A stretch of DNA of 13,450 nucleotides from Candidatus Altiarchaeales archaeon IMC4 (GCA_001742785.1 MCBF01000001.1:362667-376116), one strand, 5' to 3'. Numbered from the stretch's first letter, positions 1 through 6,926 are shown. Notes: a model not told the origin generated them from the sequence alone. A program made the numbers and translations.

Positions 1-211
1 GAGTCCTTTCATCAATTATAGTACCGGTCATAACTTTTTAGACTTTGGGGCTAATAAATGTCCATGGAACTCCAAAGTCGTGTTGTCAGGCATGTTTCTT
101 TGAGGGTGTTAAAGGGTTTGATTCGGAAGGAGAAGGACAATCATGTGCTTCGCCGCCTTCTGTTTATCAGGCAGTTGTATGGTGGGGTTGGTGTCGAACA
201 AGCATGCGAGA

Positions 212-266
212 TAATGCAAATCGAAGATTTGCAGTACACCATTTCTGGCTTTGCCAGAAATGTGTG
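212..266 (+). repeat. Double-hairpin element, copy 1 (inserted in transposase)
   Basis: TGCAAATC-GAA-GATTTGCA (215-233), spacer GTACAC, CATTTCTGGC-TTT-GCCAGAAATG (240-262), tail TGTG. Lies exactly at the frame switch; ends are uncertain by a few bases. Confidence 0.8.
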
Positions 267-671
267 GAATATGTGTATCAAGGCAGACTGGTTACATGTG
301 GATAGACCAGTGGAATACCGAAGGTTACGAAGGGGTTAGACCCCGTTTCGGCGGCGGCAGGCCGCCGAAACTGGCCGAAGGACAGAAAGAACAACTGAGG
401 CAAAAGCTTAAGTCAAAGAGTAACTGGCTGACTCATGAAGTGCGCGCCCTGATCAAAATGGAGTTTGATGTCGCTTACAGCGACCGGCATGTGCGCAAAA
501 TACTTCGCACATTCGGGATGCATTATGCCAAACCGTACCCAAGCGATTACCGCAGGCCGGACAACGCGCAGGAAATGCTGGAATGCGCCATAAAAGAGGT
601 GTCGGCAAAAATTGCCGACAAGTGTGTCGTTGGGTTTCTGGACGAGGCCGCGCCTCAAACAACGGATAACA

Positions 672-727
672 CAAGCATTTGTGCCGAGCACAAATGGTGT
701 CTCAAAATTGCACGGCAATTTCGAAGA
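672..727 (-). repeat. Double-hairpin element, copy 2 (inserted in transposase, opposite orientation)
   Basis: CATTTGTGC-CGA-GCACAAATG (676-696), spacer GTGTCT, AAATTGC-ACG-GCAATTT (705-721). Excising it restores PQTTDN-K-QRFWSFGKP in frame. Confidence 0.82.
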
Positions 728-1206
728 AGCAACGCTTCTGGTCGTTTGGCAAACCAACGATTGCCAGAAACACGAGCAAATACAGGGCCAATACCTTTGG
801 CTTTTATCCGATTAACGGCAGGGAAGTCGTGGAGTTCATGGAACACTCGACTTCAAAGTACGTGTGCGAGTTCCTTCGCACAATACGCGATAAGAATCCT
901 GTGGTGGGCATCATAATCCTCCTTGATAATGCAAGGTCTCACATCGCAGAGGCGACCAAGAAGTTCGCGGAATCATTAGGTATCGTACTTGTGTTCATCC
1001 CACCTTATTCTCCTGATCTCAATCCGATAGAGCAGATTTGGAAGGGTATCAGGAGGCGGATATCACAGGTCTTTGTGAAATCAGAGTGGGCGTTCAGGGA
1101 AACGATACGAACAACGTTTCATAGACTGGCCAAGAAACCAAGTTTCATGGAAAACTGGTTGAAGGTATTTCAACCAGTTTTGTCTAATTTGTTATGACCT
1201 CAACTA

Positions 1207-1326
1207 TATAATCTTCCGAACGCTTGGAGATTGGTGTACACAATAAAGGCGGATGAAGTGATGATTGTGGCCGTAATCCTAGAATGGATGGACCACAAGG
1301 AATACGAGCGAAGATTCGGGTACTGA
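1207..1326 (+). pseudogene. 3' remnant of a small RelE/HigB-like archaeal protein truncated by the IS
   Basis: The frame starting at the IS target TA reads YNLPNAWRLVYTIKADEVMIVAVILEWMDHKEYERRFGY*. WRLVY and DHKEY resemble RelE/HigB-fold C-termini. No start codon is present. Confidence 0.6.
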
Positions 1327-1391
1327 GCCTATTTCAAAAAATATCCTGAAGACAGTTTTGAAGACCCAAGACTGAAAACCTGAAAACCCAT

Positions 1392-1988
1392 CTAAGCCCT
1401 CCCCCTCGATTCACCTAAAACTATCCCCGACGCTATCAGGTGCGCAGCCCTTACCGGCTCCGGGATCAGGCTTCTGGTTGCCGAAAGTTTCACGATTTTA
1501 GCCGCATCCTCTTTTGTTATTCCGATGTGCTGGATGTGTACGAATTTCCCGGGGCGGGTCTCGACCGGGGCCGGCCATCCCGCCTTTTCGATCAACCCGA
1601 TCCTTTCCTTGTGGTTGTCGAACTTCTTAAGCGCCGACTTTATCGACTCGAAATCGGGCATCTTCCTGACAATTACGATCACGGGCAGTTTCGTCTCTTT
1701 CGACAGCCGTTCTATGTCCACTATGTTGAACCCTGCGAAGTTTATGCCGTCAAGCATTATAACGCGGATATCCTTGTGGCGGGTTTTCGAGATCAGGGAG
1801 ATTATCTTGTCCGTAGAATCCGTGCCGTCGATTTCCACCTCCGTTTTCAGGATGCCGTCAAGCCACCTGCCGCCGCGGAATATCGCGCCGACGAGGATCG
1901 TCGTTTTGTCACGGCGAAAATCAAACGACCCGTCGTCTATGCCGATGATTCTTATCTCGTCCTTCAGGCTGTAGAATTTTGTTTCCAA
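1392..1988 (-). CDS. DUF99 / UPF0215 family protein (endonuclease V-like, endonuclease dU)
   Basis: Motifs IIGIDDG, IMLDGINFAGFNIVD and IPEPVRAAHLIASG; 198 aa; TTG start overlapping the upstream ORF. Confidence 0.9.
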   Translation of the reverse strand: METKFYSLKDEIRIIGIDDGSFDFRRDKTTILVGAIFRGGRWLDGILKTEVEIDGTDSTDKIISLISKTRHKDIRVIMLDGINFAGFNIVDIERLSKETKLPVIVIVRKMPDFESIKSALKKFDNHKERIGLIEKAGWPAPVETRPGKFVHIQHIGITKEDAAKIVKLSATRSLIPEPVRAAHLIASGIVLGESRGRA

Positions 1989-2248
1989 TTTGGAAGTTTC
2001 GATGTGTGCCCGAAATGCACAATCAAGTCAACGCCCAGCACCTGTGCGTTCTGGTCTTTTGTGTCGCATGCCCCGTAAGTCGGGTCGATGAAGATGATTG
2101 TTGCCGCAGCGGTCTTCTCCTCAATCTCTCTGGCTATCCAGACTGCGTTTTTCTTCAGACCTTCCGGAAACTGCAGGCCGACCAACCTTGCATTGTTCTT
2201 TTTTACATCCTCTACAATCCGGTCTATTTCGAAGTCGTATTCGGGCAT
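1964..2248 (-). CDS. dph2: Dph2 (diphthamide synthesis) N-terminal domain only, 94 aa
   Basis: LVGLQFPEGLK, PTYGACD and DLIVHFGH are Dph1/Dph2 N-terminal motifs. The ORF stops shortly after HFGH; full-length archaeal Dph2 is ~340 aa. Confidence 0.8.
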   Translation of the reverse strand: MPEYDFEIDRIVEDVKKNNARLVGLQFPEGLKKNAVWIAREIEEKTAAATIIFIDPTYGACDTKDQNAQVLGVDLIVHFGHTSKLPNWKQNSTA

Positions 2249-2279
2249 ACATTAGATTAGGATTTGTCCACGTAAATAT

Positions 2280-2347
2280 GGCTTTGCTCCTAAAGTGTGA
2301 GGGTTGCTCCTAAAGTCGCCCGAAATCGGGGGTTTAGGAGCAAAGCC
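2280..2347. repeat. Left MITE-like palindrome
   Basis: Perfect 15-bp IR GGCTTTGCTCCTAAA...TTTAGGAGCAAAGCC, an internal extra TTGCTCCTAAAGT, and a 40-bp core (2305-2344) repeated at 3496-3535. Confidence 0.85.
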
Positions 2348-2430
2348 ACATTCACTTTACTATGTTTAAACACGCCCCACGCTTGGGCGGTTCATATTCA
2401 CTTTAATATCATTTTTAAAGAAAAACTGCA

Positions 2431-2440
2431 TATATATAAT
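2431..2440 (+). promoter_or_regulatory. Candidate TATA box for the NYN transcript
   Basis: TATATATAAT preceded by purine-rich AAAGAAAAA (BRE-like), ~27 bp before a GC-rich leader hairpin. Confidence 0.35.
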
Positions 2441-2534
2441 TGTCAATTTATTGGTGAGGGGGGTACGGGCTCTTATATCAGGGCCTAAATGCCCCCCAGT
2501 AATACTTATACTAAATTTTCGATATTTTTATAAA

Positions 2535-3287
2535 ATGAGGCTGATGATTTTTTGTGATTTACAAAATTTTAGAGAAGGTATTATTAAATGCGTAGATGAC
2601 AGAACGTTTATCGAATATTGGAATATCCATCGATTTGTTTTAGAGTTTATAAAAAATGTATTAAAGTGGAAAGTAGATGAGGAATCAATAATAAGGACAT
2701 ACGTCTATACTGGAGAATACACTACAGATGAAAACAAAAAAATAGCAAAACACTTGTCTACTGAAACTGACACCCATAGAAAACAAAAAATTCAAGAGAG
2801 CCTAGATGCAGCAAATAGGGGGTATGAACATCAACAAAACTTTTTTAAATCAGCAAAGGCTTTCAATTTTTTTGAAATATGCGCCTTACCCTTAAAATAT
2901 GACTATGATAACATACGTCTATTCCAAAAAGGCGTAGATGTTCAATTAGCAGTAGATGTAGTCTCCCATGCATATATGAACAATTACGATACTGCTATTA
3001 TTTGTACTGGAGATATTGATTTAGTAAAATCAGTAGAACGAGTTAAACTTTTGGGAAAAAGGGTTATTGTGGTTGCTCATCCTGATAACATGTCCCAAAC
3101 ATTACATAAAGAAGGTGATTACTTCCTAAATGTAGCAAAATTAACAAAAGATGATTTAAAAACATTTACCTGTCCAGAAAAAGAGATGTATGATGCAGTA
3201 TGTTCTACCTGTGGGGAAAAGTGCAAAGTGCCATTTATGCCCGTAAAAGGAAAACATATATCATGTAAAAAATGTTTTAAAAGATAA
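2535..3287 (+). CDS. NYN (LabA/DUF88, PIN-like) nuclease fused to a C-terminal CxxC-x17-CxxC zinc ribbon
   Basis: IFCDLQN, QKGVDVQLAVD and TGDIDL are the acidic NYN motifs. C-terminus is CSTC-GEKCKVPFMPVKGKHIS(17 aa)-CKKC. Start placed at ATG 2535 (250 aa). Confidence 0.88.
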   Translation: MRLMIFCDLQNFREGIIKCVDDRTFIEYWNIHRFVLEFIKNVLKWKVDEESIIRTYVYTGEYTTDENKKIAKHLSTETDTHRKQKIQESLDAANRGYEHQQNFFKSAKAFNFFEICALPLKYDYDNIRLFQKGVDVQLAVDVVSHAYMNNYDTAIICTGDIDLVKSVERVKLLGKRVIVVAHPDNMSQTLHKEGDYFLNVAKLTKDDLKTFTCPEKEMYDAVCSTCGEKCKVPFMPVKGKHISCKKCFKR

Positions 3288-3298
3288 TATTGCTCTAT

Positions 3299-3392
3299 TA
3301 GTGTCCGTCATGGAATAATCATTACATGTTAGCATGTTTTTCACTATTAAAATCATGAAAAGTTGTAACACTTATTTCATGACAAACTCTTA
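3299..3392. repeat. Possible second MITE / IS-end remnant
   Basis: GTCATGGAATAA (3307-3318) and TTATTTCATGAC (3372-3383) are 11/12 inverted, extendable to ~15/20, with TA at both outer ends. Confidence 0.4.
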
Positions 3393-3490
3393 GACACTAA
3401 ATTTCGTTATTTTTCACATCAAATACCTCTGAAAGTGTACATTTGCACGAAAACTCATTTACTTGCACGTAAATAATCTCATTTAGTTTT

Positions 3491-3538
3491 AAATCTGCTC
3501 CTAAAGTCGCCTGAAATCAGGGGTTTAGGAGCAAATCC
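3491..3538. repeat. Right MITE-like palindrome
   Basis: Core 3496-3535 is 38/40 identical to 2305-2344. The two differences are a compensatory pair (CCCGA-AA-TCGGG vs CCTGA-AA-TCAGG). Confidence 0.85.
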
Positions 3539-3604
3539 AGTAAATATTACTGATTTTTTATCTATCCAAACAAATAATTTACTTCGAACGGCCCACTTTT
3601 CTTT

Positions 3605-3660
3605 CCCGCGTAATTGTAGCGGCAATTACGGGGCACCATAATCGAACACGATTATGCGTA
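3605..3660 (+). repeat. Double-hairpin element, copy 3 (upstream of ahcY)
   Basis: CCCG, CGTAATTG-TAGCGG-CAATTACG (3609-3630), spacer GGGCAC, CATAATCG-AACA-CGATTATG (3637-3656), CGTA; 56 bp. Confidence 0.8.
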
Positions 3661-3711
3661 TCCAAAAAGAAAAGGCCCCGGGGTTCAAAAGAAAAGGAAT
3701 TAGATTCAAAA

Positions 3712-4959
3712 ATGACATACAAGGTAAAAGACATAACTCTGGCAGACGAGGGAAAACTTAAGATAGAATGGGCACAGGAGCACATGCCCGTCCTGATGGA
3801 AATCAAAAGGCAGTTCGAGAAGGAAAAGCCGCTCAAAGGCCTGACTGTCGGTTTTGCGCTTCACATCACAAAGGAGACCGCGGTTTTGGTGAGGACGCTT
3901 ATCGCCGGCGGCGCGAAGGTCGCGATCGCAGGCTGCAACCCGCTTTCCACTCAGGACGACGTTGCCGCGGCACTTGCCTGCGAGGGCGTGAACGTCTACG
4001 GGTGGCGGGGGGTTTCGACCAAGGAATACTACGAGTGCATACGAAGCGTCCTTGACCACAAGCCCGACATAACGATCGATGACGGCGCCGACCTCATCTT
4101 CATGATACACAAAGAGCGCCCAGCGCTTCTGAAAACGCTGAAGGGCGGATGCGAGGAAACAACCACAGGGATAATAAGGCTTAAGGCGATGGAGGCGGAC
4201 CGCGCCCTGAAGTACCCGGTGCTTGCGGTAAACGATGCGGACACAAAGCACATGTTCGACAACCGCTACGGGACCGGCCAGTCGACCCTCGACGGGATAC
4301 TGCGGGCAACGTCGGTCCTTATCGCGGGCAAAACCTTTGTCGTCGCAGGCTACGGCTGGTGCGGCAGGGGGCTTGCAATGCGCGCAAGGGGGATGGGCGC
4401 CAACGTCATAGTAACCGAAATCGACCACACAAAGGGGCTTGAGGCGGTCATGGACGGCTTCCGTGTCATGACTATGGACGAGGCGGCCCCGACAGGGGAC
4501 ATATTCGTGACGGCCACCGGGAACACCAAGGTGATCGTCGCACGCCACATCGAAAAGATGAAAAACGGCGCGATCCTTGCAAACACCGGGCACTTCAACA
4601 ACGAGGTCTGCATCCCGGACATTGAGAAGGCCTCGAAATCGAAAAAGACGCTCCGCAAGGACGCCGAGAAGTACGCGCTGAAAAACGGCAGGTACGTCTA
4701 CCTTCTGGCTGAGGGGCGGCTTGTAAACTTAGCCTCGGCCGAGGGCCACCCGTCCGAGGTCATGGACATGAGCTTCGCGGACCAGGCGCTCGGCGTCGAG
4801 TACATAGCAAAGAACAAGCTGGACGCCAGGGTCCACGACATCCCGAAGGAGATCGACAAGAGGGTTGCCGAGCTTAAGCTAAAGACAATGGGGATAACCA
4901 TCGACAAGCTAACCGAAGAGCAGAAAGAGTACCTGTCAAGCTGGGAACATGGAACGTAA
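3712..4959 (+). CDS. ahcY: Adenosylhomocysteinase (SAH hydrolase)
   Basis: GCNPLSTQDDVAAAL, EETTTG, KHMFDNRYGTGQS, GYGWCGRG and GHPSEVMDMSF; 415 aa. Confidence 0.98.
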   Translation: MTYKVKDITLADEGKLKIEWAQEHMPVLMEIKRQFEKEKPLKGLTVGFALHITKETAVLVRTLIAGGAKVAIAGCNPLSTQDDVAAALACEGVNVYGWRGVSTKEYYECIRSVLDHKPDITIDDGADLIFMIHKERPALLKTLKGGCEETTTGIIRLKAMEADRALKYPVLAVNDADTKHMFDNRYGTGQSTLDGILRATSVLIAGKTFVVAGYGWCGRGLAMRARGMGANVIVTEIDHTKGLEAVMDGFRVMTMDEAAPTGDIFVTATGNTKVIVARHIEKMKNGAILANTGHFNNEVCIPDIEKASKSKKTLRKDAEKYALKNGRYVYLLAEGRLVNLASAEGHPSEVMDMSFADQALGVEYIAKNKLDARVHDIPKEIDKRVAELKLKTMGITIDKLTEEQKEYLSSWEHGT

Positions 4960-4963
4960 TACC

Positions 4964-5069
4964 AAAAAACCACTATACTCCGGAAAGACAAAGAGCATCT
5001 TCGAGCACGAGTCGGGGCTTTACCCGATGGAGTTCCGAAACGACATAACCGCGGGGGACGGGGTAAAGC
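4964..5069 (+). pseudogene. Start-less duplicate of the purC 5' end
   Basis: 101/106 identical to 5647-5752. Preceded by ACC in place of ATG; the frame stops shortly after. Confidence 0.92.
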
Positions 5070-5083
5070 GCATATAAAGAAAA

Positions 5084-5347
5084 ATGAGCGATGCAAGGCG
5101 TAAAATATACGAACGGCTGAAAGGAAATCCGAAAAACGTCAGGTTTGAAACGCTTTGCAAAGCAGCAGTCGCATTTGGTTTTGAATTCAAAGGCGGAAAA
5201 GGCAGCCATAGGATCTTCATCAGAAGGGGCGTCAGGGAACTTTTGAACTTCCAAAGCGTCAAGGGAAAAGCAAAACCCTATCAAGTCAGACAATTTTTAA
5301 ATGTTGTCGAGAAATATAAACTATTGGAGGATAATCAAAATGCATAA
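5084..5347 (+). CDS. hicA: HicA-family toxin
   Basis: 87 aa, basic; GKGSHRIF and KAKPYQVRQFL motifs; overlaps the downstream hicB. Confidence 0.85.
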   Translation: MSDARRKIYERLKGNPKNVRFETLCKAAVAFGFEFKGGKGSHRIFIRRGVRELLNFQSVKGKAKPYQVRQFLNVVEKYKLLEDNQNA

Positions 5348-5615
5348 ATACGCGATAGAAATATTCTACAGCGAAGAAGACGAAGGTTATATCGCTGTGG
5401 TCCCGGAACTTCCCGGCTGCTCGGCGTTTGGTAGAAACGAGGAGGAAGCGCTTCAGGAGGTCATGGTTGCGATGGGTTTGTGGCTCGAGACTGCTGAAAA
5501 AGAAGGCTTGAAAATCCCGCAGCCGTCGATGTCCGGAAAGGGTTTTTTGGAGCAGATGGCACACGGAAAATCCCCTTCAGGTTTCACACCCACCAGGCAG
5601 GCGGCGGCATGTTAA
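5340..5615 (+). CDS. hicB: HicB-family antitoxin (UPF0150-like)
   Basis: EEDEGYIAVVPELPGCSAFG...EEAL...IPQP; ATG at 5340. Confidence 0.88.
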   Translation: MHKYAIEIFYSEEDEGYIAVVPELPGCSAFGRNEEEALQEVMVAMGLWLETAEKEGLKIPQPSMSGKGFLEQMAHGKSPSGFTPTRQAAAC

Positions 5616-5643
5616 TGATGAGGAGGAAAAAGGACGAGGAAGA

Positions 5644-6348
5644 ATGAAAAAACCACTATACTCCGGAAAGACAAAGAGCATCTTCGAGCACGAGCCGGGG
5701 CTTTACCTGATGGAGTTCAGAAACGACATAACCGCAGGGGACGGAGTAAAGCACGAGGTGATGGAAAACAAGGGCTATTATTCATCCGAGATCTCCGCGA
5801 AACTTTTTGAGGTACTAAACGCGTCCGGCGTAAAGACGCACTTCGTCAAAAAACTGGGCGACTCAAGATTTCTTGTCCGGAGCCTGAAGATGTGCCCGGT
5901 GGAATTCGTCTGCCGTAACATCGCTGCAGGGCACCTTGTGAAGAGTTATTACATGTTCAAGGACGGCCAGAAACTTGACAGGCCGATATTGCAGATGTTC
6001 CTCAAGGACGACGAGCGCCACGACCCGCTGATAAACGAAAGCACCGTGCTTTCCGCAGGCCTTCTGAAAAAGGAACGGATAAAGGAGATGGAGGATATGA
6101 CGCTGAAGGTAAACGACGTCCTGAAAAAGGTTTTTGACAATGCGGGCATAACGCTGGTGGATTTCAAGCTGGAGTTCGGATTTGACGAAAACGGGGCAGT
6201 CCGCGTGGGCGACGAAATATCCCCTGACAGCATGCGCCTGTGGGACAAAAAGACCAGTAAGATTCTGGACAAGGATGTCTTCAGGAAAGACCTCGGGGAT
6301 GTCATGTCGGTTTACGAAGAAGTCGCAAAAAGGATCGGGGCGGTTTGA
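5644..6348 (+). CDS. purC: SAICAR synthase
   Basis: LYSGKTK, VEFVCRN, KDDERHDP, LVDFKLEFG, DEISPDSMRLWD and LDKDVFR; purine-rich GAGGA upstream. Confidence 0.97.
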   Translation: MKKPLYSGKTKSIFEHEPGLYLMEFRNDITAGDGVKHEVMENKGYYSSEISAKLFEVLNASGVKTHFVKKLGDSRFLVRSLKMCPVEFVCRNIAAGHLVKSYYMFKDGQKLDRPILQMFLKDDERHDPLINESTVLSAGLLKKERIKEMEDMTLKVNDVLKKVFDNAGITLVDFKLEFGFDENGAVRVGDEISPDSMRLWDKKTSKILDKDVFRKDLGDVMSVYEEVAKRIGAV

Positions 6349-6364
6349 TTGTTTTTCAAAAAGT

Positions 6365-6592
6365 TCACAATTCTACAAAGTCCCCGACACTAATCCCCAT
6401 ATTTTCAATAATCGCTTTCAGTGTGCCTTTGGGTATTGTACTTGAAGAATGCCTTGAAACCATGACAACCCGCTTGGTTTCAGGATTGATCCAAAATTCG
6501 TGGCTTCCCTTGCCCTGCCGCTTGAAAACGAAACCTGCCTTTTTGAGTTTTCTGATAAGATAACTCGAACTTATGGAGGGCAACCTTGTCAT
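6365..6592 (-). CDS. hicA: HicA-family toxin
   Basis: 75 aa; LKKAGF..RQGKGSHE and IPKGTLKAII. Confidence 0.9.
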   Translation of the reverse strand: MTRLPSISSSYLIRKLKKAGFVFKRQGKGSHEFWINPETKRVVMVSRHSSSTIPKGTLKAIIENMGISVGDFVEL

Positions 6593-6607
6593 CCTAATTA
6601 ATCCGCA

Positions 6608-6868
6608 TCAGCAGGGCACCGCAAGTGGTATATTGAGATTACGGGCTTTTACGCTTTTTTCAACCATACGAACCACCGGAAGCGGATTCCCAAGCTCTTT
6701 ATGAATCTCTATCAGATCTTTCACTGAACATTCTGCCTCTTTTATCGCCTCAGAAAGTGTATCGGCCTGCACAACCAATCCCTGAATGTCGTCGGATGTT
6801 GCCAGATAATATATCCTGCCGTCCTCTTCCATTCTTTTTATCTGTATGTTCACAAGGTATTCTGACAT
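6608..6868 (-). CDS. hicB: HicB-like antitoxin (DUF1902/UPF0150-like)
   Basis: YYLATSDDIQGLVVQADTLSEAI; directly upstream of hicA (hicBA order). Confidence 0.78.
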   Translation of the reverse strand: MSEYLVNIQIKRMEEDGRIYYLATSDDIQGLVVQADTLSEAIKEAECSVKDLIEIHKELGNPLPVVRMVEKSVKARNLNIPLAVPC

Positions 6869-6926
6869 TTTTATGTTACATATATTGTAGTTTATCCTTA
6901 AAAGTTGCCTTCAGACACGGATTGAT

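Larger units (their letters stand above)
58..1197 (+). pseudogene. IS630 DDE transposase split into three frames by two short insertions
   Basis: HTH region (VSRQTGYMWIDQWN...GGGRPPKL) and catalytic motifs FLDE, LLDNA and PPYSPDLNPIE are spread over ORFs 58-339, 251-916 and 679-1197. Removing 55 bp near 212-266 and 56 bp at 672-727 gives one 342-aa ORF. Confidence 0.9.
17..1208 (+). mobile_element. IS630-family insertion sequence, including TA target dinucleotides
   Basis: Left end TATAGTACCGGTCATAACTTTTTAGAC (17-43) matches the reverse complement of the right end (1182-1208), TATAGTTGAGGTCATAACAAATTAGAC, at 21/27. TA at both ends. Encloses IS630 transposase fragments. Confidence 0.93.
2280..3538. 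mobile_element. Non-autonomous TIR-bounded composite element carrying the NYN gene
   Basis: Ends GGCTTTGCTCCTAAA (2280-2294) and TTTAGGAGCAAATCC (3524-3538) are 14/15 inverted. Flanked by CGTAAATAT (2271-2279) and AGTAAATAT (3539-3547), an 8/9 direct repeat. Interior is visibly AT-rich with no transposase. Confidence 0.75.

Noticed and set aside
212..727. Bulge-helix-bulge archaeal introns in the transposase
   Set aside because: I could not build a BHB at the junctions I tried for the first insert, and the two inserts are in opposite orientations. Not excluded without RNA data.
251..916. Programmed ribosomal frameshifting as the cause of the split transposase
   Set aside because: Extra non-homologous sequence is present at both breaks, and no slippery A-run lies at the junctions.
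1347..1390. Short TGAAGAC/TGAAAAC repeats
   Set aside because: Four 7-mers at irregular spacing in a convergent gap, too short to support a function.
2451..2534. N-terminal extension of the NYN ORF
   Set aside because: The NYN fold starts at MRLMIFCD (2535); the upstream part is a hairpin-containing leader.
2305..3535. Canonical integron attC sites around the NYN gene
   Set aside because: Only 40 bp, no RYYYAAC/GTTRRRY boxes in the right geometry, and no integron integrase. TIR plus 9-bp duplication fits better.
3583..3711. SAH riboswitch upstream of ahcY
   Set aside because: The conserved GAGGAGCG...AGGCUC core of the bacterial SAH riboswitch is not visible, and the structure is explained by the double-hairpin element.
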